This document shows positions 11,465 to 22,229 of a stretch of 64,000 bases of DNA, in pieces; position 1 is the first letter of the stretch, and the number at the start of each line of letters is the position of its first letter. Where the stretch lies: the NCBI GenBank assembly GCA_965645245.1, contig OZ287085.1, positions 1,116,001-1,180,000 of the forward strand. Reading direction: 5' to 3'. The notes beneath the pieces are model-generated. The model was not told where the DNA came from and did not search any database. It saw only the letters and a program-made list of their open reading frames with translations. Origin of the DNA: Massalongia carnosa. Taxonomy: Eukaryota. The position numbers and the translations under genes are program-made.

Positions 11465-12058
11465 CTTCGAATAAGGGATTATTCGTTTCTTTAGTCAAGA
11501 ATTGGTTGAACGGAGCGAATTATTCACGACTCCGAGACGTCGTCCATAGAAGGGGGGGTAGTGTCAGGGTCCTGGCCTGACCCGACATGCTCTGGTGGTC
11601 ACGGGACAGCGTGACTCGCCTAAGCAGTAGCGCGCGTCGCTTGACTGGCTAGCGCACCCACGGTAGATTATGTTTAGGAGTTGAGCGATGATTATTCTTT
11701 TCTTTCCTTCCTTGTAGTTAAATTCTAGTTCATAGCTACTGAATAATATCAGGGCAAGCTGCCTGACAACTGGTTCCAAGAGCGGCTGCCCACGGGGACT
11801 CTGATTGAAGTATCAGAAAGTGGGTTTATCACTGATGAAATAGCCATTGAATTTTTGAAGCATTTCATTGCGAATACAAAATCGGGGCCTACAAAGCAGT
11901 AGAAATTGATTCTCATAGATAATCATAGGACTCATTGCACCCCTGAGTTTATAAAGCTTGCAAATGAAGTTCATATTCGCCCTCTCCCCCTGATACCACA
12001 ACTGACTCATTGTATACAACCCCTTGATGTGGGCGTATTTCAACCCTATAAGCATTGG

Positions 12059-12587
12059 TGTCACGGTCGGTAGGCACAGGTCCTATCTGATGAATAGTAA
12101 AATTCACGTGTAGGTATAATAGCATGATTGTCATTGAAGGTATGGATTATATGTGAGCTATCTACTTCATTATATAGCAGTCACATTGGAGACCTTTCGG
12201 CGACCCTATTCATAAGGAGTCAGCCGGTCTACTGAATCTCGGTCCCCGGAGGTCATCTCGGTCCCCGTGGTAGAGTCGCCGAAGATAAGCACTAGATGAA
12301 TGCCCATGATGGTAGCCCCTACTATCTGATACTATCCATTAGTGAACAGTGCTTTATTACGAAGTATACTACACTATAGCTAGAAAAGACGAACACGAAG
12401 AGAAAAGCATTGCTTGCTTGCAGAGATTTCCTATGTGTCCTGATGACATCCTAAGCTCAATGCGGTTAGATTGCAGGAGCGCGGAAAAGGCAACACTCGA
12501 GCTGGTCCGTGAAACCGAGCTAAACCATAATGGTCAAACCGTAGATAGAAGTTCATGAATCTTCAGTTTTCAGTTCACACCATGACA
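12059..12587. mobile_element. Solo LTR (529 bp) inserted in the pogo transposase
   Basis: Ends TGTCACGGT...ACCATGACA, flanks ATTGG/ATTAG (TSD with one G>A). Removing it rejoins FQPYKHW to HNKAIQE. Confidence 0.85.
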
Positions 12588-12649
12588 ATTAGCATAATAA
12601 GGCTATCCAAGAGGTCCTTGCAGAGATCAACACTGAGAATAATAAGAAT

Positions 12650-12770
12650 AATGAGGGTGATGAGGGTGATGAGGATGATGAGGGTGATGAGGGTGATGAG
12701 GGTGATGAGGGTGATGAGGGTGATGAGGGTGATGAGGGTGATGAGGGTGATGAGGGTGATGAGGATGAGC
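12650..12770. repeat. (GATGAGGGT)n 9-bp repeat, about 13 units
   Basis: Directly visible. Reads as (DEG)n in the pogo transposase frame. Confidence 0.95.
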
Positions 12771-13685
12771 AGTTTAACTTTTATCAAGGGGGCTATCGTC
12801 AGACTAGGAGTCACTATTAGAACGCACAATTGATATATATCTACTTATTAATAATATTTGCAAATGAGGTTGAATATAAAGCAAATGGAGGTAGCAAACC
12901 ATGATGAGACGGCGTCGCAAATATGTTCTAAATAGGCGATAAAACTGGTCAAATTGGAAAAAAATATAATGCATTCCCGGTTGATAAATGAGCAGTTAGG
13001 ATGTGCAGTTGATATCTATCTATGGTACGAATAATAACAGCTAACGGTCGTAGGTTGCGGTCGAGAAGTGTTGCAAAAAGCTGCTGGTAAAATGAGTGAA
13101 TCCTGAAATTGAAATTACGCAGATCGCTTGCCTACGAAGACCGCTTTCCCCGACTAGAGGTGGTACACCTCGTATGGAGGCAGCTAAGCGAGGCAAACGA
13201 TTATATAAAATAAAAAACTGCCGCCTCAGGGGGCGATCATGTTACTTCCCGTAGTGGTACTCGATAGCACTGACCCTCCAGTGCAGTTAACACACCTATC
13301 ACCCGATCATCTGATGGAGGTCCTCTCGACCCCCTTCACAACGTTAGATGATTTGATGAGATTCGATTATTAACAGTTCTTCGCTGATTTCCGCTTGCAG
13401 ATAAGGTCTCCTTTAAGTGAATTTTATATTTGCTTAATTTTTTTGACGAAAGGAGGGTCTCAAATCAAGAACCATGGACACAAATTTAATGTCAGGCTCC
13501 TAGCCGGACATTGGGCTTAGGAAGTTCAATGAACATACTTAGCGCCAGCTATGAGGGAAAGGGGGATCACGGGAGCACGTGCACTAGCGCGACTCACGGT
13601 GCGCACAGTAATTTCTCTTTTTCTCTTTGTAGATAAATTTTGGTTTAATAGCGGTTGAATAGAATTGACGACAGCTTCCTTACAT

Positions 13686-15002
13686 TTAATACCTTTCCAT
13701 TAGCCAGCATCTCCTCCGCTTCGGATCCATGACCTCAAGCATTTCTTTCTCTGTCTTCTTGAGGAGCAGGTACTTGTCCACAAAAGACGTTCCCAAAGCG
13801 GCGTGCATCTGCGAATCCTCTCGCAGACATTTCAACGACTCGTCGATGCTTGCGGGAATCTTTTGATGAATTCCCAACGCTTCGAGCTCTTGTCGGCTCA
13901 ACTTGGCCGGGTCGTCTTGAAAATCCTTCATGGTCAACGGTTCGCCGTCCGCCACGCCTAGCAAGCCTGCTCCCAGGATGGCGCTCATGGCCAGATACAT
14001 GTTGGCGAAGCCGTCGGCACATCGAATCTCATAGTGAGAGCCCCCGATCCGTCGGACCGGGCTTTCGCGGTTCTGCGTCCCCCACGACACCCACGTGCTG
14101 CCACTCAACGTGGAGTCGGAGACGCGGTCGTAGCTGGCGGCGTTCGGGTACGTGAAGGCAATAATGGCTCGGAGGTGCTTCAACACCCCGGCAAAGAACA
14201 TTTCGTGCAAATCGGGCGGGGTCAGAGAAAGATGGATGTGCTCGCCCGTGCCCAATTTGTCCGGATAAGGCTTCGGATACAGTGTGGCCCGCATCGAGAA
14301 ACGGGCTGCAATGGAGATGATGATATCTCGAGCGGCCGTCAGGGTATCGACGGCCACAAGGGGCCTCATCGCAGGCAAGACGAACTCGAATTGGCCCGGC
14401 GAGCTTTCGGGGTGAACCTGTAGGAGCGAAATGCCTGCACGGTCACATTTTTCGATAATGGCCTCTACCATGGACATCATGTTCTCGTCGTGAAGAGCGC
14501 CTGCCGTAGAATACCCATGTCCGTACCCCATCTCGTTGGACATTGCGTACGAGATCTCGCCATCCACCACGGCCCACTTCGTAAACACCACCTCGATCTC
14601 AAATCCCACCAGAAACTCGATCCCTTTGGAGCCTGCGTCGCTGGTGATCCTTTGCAGTAGCGTCCTCGGGCATTCAGCCACCGGGCTCCCATCGATCTCT
14701 TGAAAGTCACATTGCATCGTTGCATATCCATCGCGGGCCCCGAGGCGCAAGCTGTCGAAATCGGGATTCAGCTTGTATTCTCCGTTTACCGCAAATCCAG
14801 GGCATGGAAAGTCTTTTTGCAGAAGTCCAAGTATGAGTTTGGGCACTTCAATAGACTTGCCTTGCCTGAACAGCTCAAGGGCTCGAGCTACGGGCAGAAC
14901 CCTCAACCGTAATGTCGAGGTGAAATCCAGCCACTGCAACCGGATAAATTTGATAGATGGATCCTGGTCGATCAATCGTATAAATTTAGCAAGGTTCGCC
15001 AT
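13686..15002 (-). CDS. Glutamine synthetase I-like gamma-glutamyl ligase resembling the FluG C-terminal domain, stand-alone, 438 aa
   Basis: Motifs IKFIRLQWLDF, ECPRTLL, GFEIE, HPESSPGQFE, GEHIHLS, SYDRV, WGTQNRESPVR and YEIRCAD, with FluG-like C-terminus WLMERY. First in-frame ATG at 15002, no intron needed. Confidence 0.9.
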   Translation of the reverse strand: MANLAKFIRLIDQDPSIKFIRLQWLDFTSTLRLRVLPVARALELFRQGKSIEVPKLILGLLQKDFPCPGFAVNGEYKLNPDFDSLRLGARDGYATMQCDFQEIDGSPVAECPRTLLQRITSDAGSKGIEFLVGFEIEVVFTKWAVVDGEISYAMSNEMGYGHGYSTAGALHDENMMSMVEAIIEKCDRAGISLLQVHPESSPGQFEFVLPAMRPLVAVDTLTAARDIIISIAARFSMRATLYPKPYPDKLGTGEHIHLSLTPPDLHEMFFAGVLKHLRAIIAFTYPNAASYDRVSDSTLSGSTWVSWGTQNRESPVRRIGGSHYEIRCADGFANMYLAMSAILGAGLLGVADGEPLTMKDFQDDPAKLSRQELEALGIHQKIPASIDESLKCLREDSQMHAALGTSFVDKYLLLKKTEKEMLEVMDPKRRRCWLMERY

Positions 15003-17005
15003 TTCTCTACTGATCTTTTTGAGTGTTAAAAACGATACTAATGGGATGACTATTCCATGCTTACAGGGTGATCGTCGAACAGAACCTGTCAAATCCTCGA
15101 AGACTTTGTGAAACCACCGAATGTTATTTGTACAACTTTTCAATGTCGAAGAGAGAGAAGGTCCACGGTGGACGTGGAAACTTTATTTGAAGTTGCCAAT
15201 CAATCGAGGGTGACTAAGAGGTTTTGTAATTTTCCTATCTTTTAGCTGCCGCAGCCGCTTAATAAGCATCCTACCCCTACCTACCCCTCCCTACCTACAT
15301 CTCCCTACATACCAACTCACCCTGCTGTCGCCAAGTTTTGAAGTTATTCAACTCGCCGACATAGAACCCTCCCCCGGCGCCCCCCCGGCGCCCACATAAA
15401 AATTCCCGCCGCTGCCCACATAAAAAATTTCCCCGCGGCCCCTAATAAAATCCCCCCTATTTCCCTCTTTATTCGTCATCATCCCGCCGACGATTCCTAC
15501 TCTCCTCCGCCGCCATCGTCATCGCCAGCGTCGTCGTCTCCTCATCTTCCAACTCCTGCAAGGCCTCCTCCACCCCCCGTCTTCTGATTGGTCCAGTCAA
15601 CTTCTCCAACCAGTCTAGCCATCGCTTTATTTGTGGATTTCTTTCCTCGGCAGTCCATTCGCCGGTGTACTCGGCTATTTCGTAGTATTTGTCTTTAATT
15701 GCGTCTAAAACCTCTCTCATCTGTAGCATATGTCGATCCGATCTTTCTACCTCCTCGTGATGATCAAAATCCAGCCTAGTCGACGTTTCGTACACCTCGA
15801 AGCCGCTATCCTCAAACATCTCCGCCCAGACTGTCCAATTGACTTCCTGAAACGCGTCGAAAACGATGTTATAGTGCCACAAGTGTCTGCATGGGAGTTG
15901 ATACTGACGCCAAAATAGACAGTCTACAGGACAGATTAGCTCATCAGGCAGCTCACCTGCCGGCTCATCACCGTCTGCTAAACTTCTAGCGGCTAGCTTC
16001 CATTGATCAACTATGAGCATTTGCACGGGATAGGGAAATTTTCGAAGATATGGGCATTCCTGACATTCGGGAGTCATAGTAGTACGAAAATTAGCCTCTT
16101 CGCTGCGGGCTAGATTTTCCCATTGATCCCCGATTCGAATCACATGGCTTGCAGCCCCGATCAGAGAAAAAGTCATGAAATGCGCTTTACCTACAGTACT
16201 AATTAGTATGACGAATGAAGCTCAAGAAATAGTCTCACCGTCAGCATGCTTTTTAATAGATGCGTGCCAGGATTCTACCGCATTAGTCGTCATGCACTGC
16301 AGTAAAATGCATGAATGCTGACGTGCGTAATTAGCCCATTTGGATTTAGTCTGCACCTATTCTCGATCTATATATTGACGTTTTTCTTCAGGGGCAGCTG
16401 CCAATGCCTTTTTGAGACTATCATCGCATCCGAGCTCCGTTTTTCTGAAATATAGAGCATCATACAAATGCTTTTTTGCATTTTTGCAATTGGGACCGAC
16501 CAATTTTCGATTCAGGGTACGCTCGGAGTGAGTCCGACAAAGTAGATGAGTAACCTCCATCTCCCCGTCGATCAACCCTCGAAATGCAAGACTGACCCCT
16601 CGCTGTTCAGCTGCAGAATCGTCGGTGATAATGTATCGAAGTCTCCAAGCTCTAGACCATCGCTTAATCTGACGAAGAAACTCTCCTATAATGTCACCGT
16701 CCTCGTTACTACTCAGCATGTGGGCTCCGGGAATCCAGCTTCCACATTCGTCACGAATCATCAATGTAAATAACTTCCTTTTTAGCTGATTGGTGTTATG
16801 AGTACTGTCCATCAATGTCAGATGTCCACGTTTCATCAATACTGATAACCGAGATCTTTTTGCAAATGCTATTGCATGTGATCTTTCTCTATCAATGAGA
16901 CGAGTTATTTCAAGCTTTGCAGCTAGAACATCTTCACCCAATGCCTGCAATGCATCAAAACAGCTATTCAATTGATTAATCCATGACTCCCTAGCTCCCT
17001 GAATT

Positions 17006-20000
17006 CAGTGTTCACAATGGAGTGATTCTTAATGGATATCCACTCCATTTAATCCACTCCAATCCACTCCAAAGGTTTTTTTTTTAAATGGAGTCCATCC
17101 AATAAGGTTTTAGGCTTAATGGAGTCACTCCAATAAGGATTTATCTAATGGAGTGGACTCCATGGAGTCCAATGGATTAGGGCCTAAAAATAGGTGGTGT
17201 TTTAGGTATAGCTCCAGGGGCCTTAAAGCTATGGTAATTCCCACATTTTAAGTGATATTTCACTTGTTTTACTGCTTTTATCCGTGTCAACCTACAAATA
17301 TCACTTGCTATGGACTGAATTTGCTTCTATTTAAACTAGAAACCACCAAAATCCGTCCCGAACCGTACTTGCAGTGATGTCTGATATTAGTGACGATACA
17401 ACTACAACCCGCCCCGACCCTGGCGAGACAGAGTCAGTATTTGAGCTTCCTGGAGCATGTGATATCGACGTTCCTGAACGTATTACGCGTGGCAGAAAGC
17501 GTACGGTTGGTTCAGCAGAGCTTGGGAATGAAGCTTCAAGAGTATTGATCCATATCCTTTATTTAATCAAGCTTATATATTAATATATGGCAGAGGTCTC
17601 CATCCCAGTCAGCCCTGAGCTTTTCTCGACGTTCCCCTGCACCCTCCACGACTTCCCAAGCTACGGAGCGTCCCCATATCATCCTGAGCGGCACTATATA
17701 CTCTGAGAACGACAGGAACGCTCCTGGTAACCATTCCAGCAGCCCTTCTAGGCCGTCACCTATAACCTCTATTGAAGGCAGGGTTATTGGTGGCCGGTTT
17801 TCGTCTCCTACAAGTGGAATAGCTTCAAAGAGAGCTAGAGCGAGCCGTAGTTGGATATGGGATTGGGGCACCAAGGCAGAGAGGGAGGGCAAGGCCTATT
17901 GGGTGTGTAACAAATGTAAAGTACCAGATTTATACTTATTTGCCATGTTTGCTATGAAAATTTGTATAGAACTCAGTGTAATTCCGCCCATTTTATATGT
18001 ACCGAACCATCGAGTTGTCATTTTGACATGTACTATACATTTGTCCAATATCTATTTAATTTATATTAACGATTATTAAAGCTAATTAACTACAGGTGTT
18101 GCAGACGGTTCTAATACTGAGTATATGATCACAAACGGCACTGCTTCATGTGGAGAGCACTTACGAAAGGACCATAATCTTGTTCCACCTAAGGAAGCAG
18201 CTGCTAGGGCATCTATCTCTGTTGTTGAACATCTTCAACAAGGGGTAGTAGTTGCTCCTTTTAGTCCAGAAGTCTTTCGACAAAAGCTCTTACGATTTCT
18301 TTGTATTTGTCATATTCCTTTTGCCATTGTAGAGCAGCGTGCTTTTCGAGACCTGCTTTTATATTCAAGTCCGTATTTACGAGGCAATGATACACTCCCC
18401 AAGTCGGGCAATTCCATTAAAGCTGCACTATGTTGTTTCGGCCATATCGTTAATCTCGTGGCAACTGCATTCTTAGAGAACAAACCTACGAAGCAAGCGC
18501 GTCAACGACTCCCAGGGGAGCCCAAGGCAGTCTGGAAACGTCCAATAGATGCTATTACGAAGCTTCATGTGATTATTGTCTTTATAATGGCCACCGCTCA
18601 AAGGATCGAGCAGTTTGAAGGGATTAATAAGACGATTCAAGACCCTCTCTTGCATCCAATTAAAGAGCAAATCACTAGATGGTTTTCAACTCTTAATATG
18701 CTTCGACGGGCCATTCAAATCAAAGACTCTCTTGATCTATTCGTCCATCGTAACTCTGAGCAATCATTTACTGAGAAGACTCTTTTTGATTCGCAAATGA
18801 CGGTTGACGATTGGAACTACGCCAAGGAAGTGATTGCTTTTATGGAACCACTCGAAGAGCTTATGATGAGTTTACAAGGAAGAGAGATGTCTGGTATATT
18901 ATATAAGCTTTAAATAACTCGATAATCACTAAGCTTTTAATAGGAAATAATGGTTACGCTCACCAAGTGCTCCCTTCATATGATTTAATAAAAAAGGGGA
19001 TGGAAGAGCAGCTATTTGGCTTTGAGCTTGATGAAGTCGATCAGTCAAACCCACAGGAACTAGCTAGTAAACGACTGGAACTGAACGTTATTAACGCCAT
19101 GCAAAAGCTAGAGAAATACCGTCAACTACTCACTTCCCCTATTTATTTAGTGGCCGTCGTCCTGATGCCCTGGTATAAGTGGACTTATTTTGAGGATAGT
19201 ATGAGTGCTAGTGACCTTGCTCAAGCTCGTACGAAGGTCCAAAAACTTTGGCAAGACTTATATGCAAATATAGAGGTTGCTGAAGATGATACACCGTCAC
19301 CTGGAAGTCAAAATAATAAGGTATATTAACACTTATTAATATAAAAACACGGCTAACTATATTTGTAGCACGCTAAGCCCTCCCTTTTGAAGGAACACCT
19401 TAAAAGGAGTACAAACAAAGCTAAATCCACTGTCAGAGATGAATATAGACGGTACTGTAATACAGAACCAGTTGATGAAGATGGTTGCGGGTTCTCTGGC
19501 CACTTAGAATGGTGGAAAGCTCACGAGCCTCACTATCCTAGACTAGCTCAAATGGCCAGGGATATATTCTCTGTGCCTGGCATGAGTGCAGAGGTCGAAC
19601 GCTTGTTCTCTTCGTCCAAATTGATGATTCCAGATCATAGGAATCGTCTAAAACCCGACTTTATTGAGGCAGGAGAGTGTATTAGAAGCTGGGCCATGGG
19701 TGGGCTAGTTCTAGGAGACTATTTCGAGTACTTACCAGCGTACCAGAAGGCAGGAGAGAAGTTCGGGGATCAAGGGAACCCATAGGAGGTGGGATGAGTG
19801 CATGGTTGCCAAGGGTACTAGAAGTTGATATTTGCTATGTTTGATGGCAAATTTGGCATTGCTGGAAAGGTTCTTTTAGGTATCTTTTGAAATTTTCCTA
19901 GTTAATTTTAGTTGAAAGGTTCAAAAACTACTTTGAGTTCGTGGAGAACAAATGCAAAAACACTCCTTCCTCATCACTTCAACATCGCAACCTCAATCTA

Positions 20001-20445
20001 CCACCTATATTTCAGACTCTACCCCCTAGCCGAGGTTTACCGGGCCATGGAAGGTGCGAAAATCCAGCCAAAATCATCAAAACACAAAGGTCGTCGTCCT
20101 CGCTTAGCTGGGTCGTCGTCTCGATTAGGCAATTTATATCTACTACAAAGTGGTTTTACGCTCGAGGGAGGTTCCGGAAAGGTTTGTACGCACTGCACTT
20201 CAGTGGAGTCCATGGAGTCCATGGATTAAATGGATTAAATGGATTTAATCCAGTGGAGTCCACTGGATTTACTCCACTGGAGATCCATGGACTCCGATCC
20301 ACTCCATCCATTAAATATATTCCTTAATGGAGTCCAATCCATTAAGGTTTAATCTTAATGGACTCCAATCCATATAGGTCTAGACTTAATGGATTGGATT
20401 GGAGCGCCACTCCAATCCAATCCAGTCACTCCATTGCGAATACTG
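17006..20445 (+). mobile_element. hAT DNA transposon, internally deleted
   Basis: 20-bp TIR CAGTGTTCACAATGGAGTGA vs TCACTCCATTGCGAATACTG (2 mismatches), perfect 8-bp TSD CCTGAATT, many ATGGAGTC/GACTCCAT subterminal repeats at both ends. Confidence 0.95.
17377..19785 (+). pseudogene. Spliced hAT transposase lacking the central catalytic segment
   Basis: BED finger SWIWDW...WVCNKC [intron 17916-18095] ...HLRKDH, CFGH motif, TRWFST, C-terminal dimerisation domain LEWWK...YPRLAQMARDIFSVPGMSAEVERLFS. No DxWT or TDN motifs between LPKSGNSIK and CFGH. Confidence 0.8.
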
Positions 20446-21406
20446 CCTGAATTCGTGCATCAGGATTCTGCTTTTTAAAGCTTCTTCCAGCATTGTATAC
20501 GGTTTGAAAGTTGAAATTCGACCCCCCGGCCTGGTTCAAAGCTTCAAGATTCCCTTCCCATCTAACGCCCTGCATGTTTCGATTGACGTCTCCCGGGGTA
20601 TATCCTTTTGCCACCTCTTTACCAGCCGTCAGTCTGATGGCGGAGTTGATTTTGATATTGTCCACAACCTCCAAAATGTGATTATGTTGCAGCTGATTAA
20701 CTGAGTCGTCAAGCTTCTTGTTGACGTGACGACTCAAAGTCACCGTCAACAATTCATTGATCTCATCAAATTGTTTGATCATAGCCAGCTTTATAGAGCA
20801 AGCATCAGTTAACCGCATTCGTTTAGCACGTCGTCCTGAACCTTGACTTTTAATGTCAGCATCTTGCTTCCAAAGTCTGCAAAACCAATATGATTTTTGA
20901 GTTCTCTTCTTGGTAATAGGCTCCGTGTGATTATGCACCCAGATGTTGTCCATAAACGGCCAGTATGAGGCATAATTATCCGCAGTCCAAGTTGTTGGTG
21001 CATCTAATGCAAAGACAAGCTGACGCATCGAGACCAGATGAGAAGGTAGAGCCAAGACAGTGGAAATAGGGGTCGAAGCGGAGCGAGAAGATCCTCTGGC
21101 GACGGTGAGCTGACTATCCAGCTGACTATCTAGCTGACTGTCGACGTCGCTTTCGGGCTTGGTGGTATCTAAGTACGAAGACATCTTGAATAGCCTCAAT
21201 AAATGAGAGCAGCGAGGTATGAGAAAAGTGATAATAAGGGGTAACCAGGGGATGAGAATTACGGTTGGAAGACGCGACATTAATATTTACGAGATTTGGT
21301 CATGTGCCAGCTTACTAATTGGCTGCGGCAGCTAAATGGTATGGAAAATAGAAAACCTCTGAGTTTTACAGCCTCCCATCAATCGAAAGGATGTAGACTT
21401 CTGTGG

Positions 21407-22229
21407 TGTCAGTTCAGGAGTCGTCCTCCCAATCAGTGGTTAACTCCGGGGGAGGCCGACAGCGGGAGTGGTGCGACAAGCGATCCCGAAAAGCCCCGTA
21501 ATGAATACTGTAACCGAATTAGGACTAGCCCGAGTTAGAAACAGGGTTACTCGGTATGTGCAGCCTAAATATGTTACACAGTACTTAGTATCTGTATGTA
21601 CCTAACGCTGAGTGCACAGGTGCTAAGGTACGTCTACTCTAGGCTTTGGAGTCCGGTTGAGTGAAGCAAACACTGTTTGAAACAGTCAAGAATGTGTACT
21701 CCAAACGCTGTCATGATGGGCAAGCGGGAGTTCGAAGCATCGTTCGGACCAGAACCGACTATGGAGTAATGTGTCATGATATGCAGAGGAGGAAAGTCCG
21801 AGACAAGAGAACGTTGACGGAGTACTCCGTACGGTCCCTCGTAATAATGCGATGAAATCTGCAGGTTCGACTGTGGAAGTGCATCGACGCACCTGCGTCA
21901 AATAGGTCTGCTGAACGAGCGCTTATACCTCGCGTGAGAGCTTGGATCGAGAAGCCAGGAAAGAGGGCTTCGCTTAACGGATCTAGAGCCGGCAGTCGTA
22001 CTCTGTCCTTCGCTAGCACCACTAACAGCTCGTGCAGACTGACGGCTTCTCTCCATTGGCTCGGCAGAGTTATCCACCTGGAGTCATGTTCATCACGCAA
22101 CGGATCTAAAGTCGGCTTCAAGAGCTGCATGAATCGATAACCGAGAATGACGACGATTAATCATGGACTTTCCTGTACTCGGCACAGCGTGGAGGTGGTA
22201 AAGCTGCAACCCAAAACCCTACGCTGACA
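21407..22229. mobile_element. Possible solo LTR (823 bp)
   Basis: TGTCAG...CTGACA ends and no credible ORF, but only a 3-bp flank match (TGG) and no second copy in the window. Confidence 0.35.

Larger units (their letters stand above)
5396..11768 (+). mobile_element. Full-length Ty3/gypsy chromovirus (Gypsy-A), apparently intact
   Basis: 207-bp LTRs at 5396-5602 and 11562-11768 (TG...CA, one mismatch), 5-bp TSD ACTGG, PPT AGAAGGGGGGGTAG before the 3' LTR, uninterrupted gag and pol. Confidence 0.98.
4432..13201 (+). mobile_element. pogo/Fot1 DNA transposon with long TIRs, degenerate, interrupted by a gypsy element and a solo LTR
   Basis: Inverted repeats of about 230-245 bp (4432-4676 vs 12975-13201), each flanked by TA. 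Transposase remnants: ICNFDEAGF (about 5190), LIDNHRTH and HCIQPLDVGVFQPYKHW (11910-12058), HNKAIQE (from 12593). Confidence 0.85.
15469..21184 (-). pseudogene. MULE transposase with SWIM finger, split by hAT
   Basis: N-terminal part 20446-21184 rejoins in frame across the hAT (NPDARIQ-GARESWINQ). Catalytic motifs LMDSTHNTN, IITDDSAAE, LLCRTH and TTNAVESWH, a 48-nt intron at 16191-16238, SWIM CPVDC...LPCRH. One TAG at 16357-16359. Confidence 0.85.
15208..21377 (-). mobile_element. Mutator-like element (MULE), interrupted by a hAT
   Basis: 9-bp TSD ATCAATCGA (15199-15207 and 21378-21386). Imperfect TIRs begin GGG and share AGAGGTTTT...TTTAGCTGCCGCAGCC...TAAGC. Confidence 0.88.

Noticed and set aside
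12555..12833. (RVM)n and (ITL)n ORFs
   Set aside because: Off-frame readings of the 9-bp repeat.
15003..15143. 47-aa N-terminal extension of the GS-like ORF
   Set aside because: It begins at a non-ATG codon, and family similarity starts after the ATG at 15002.
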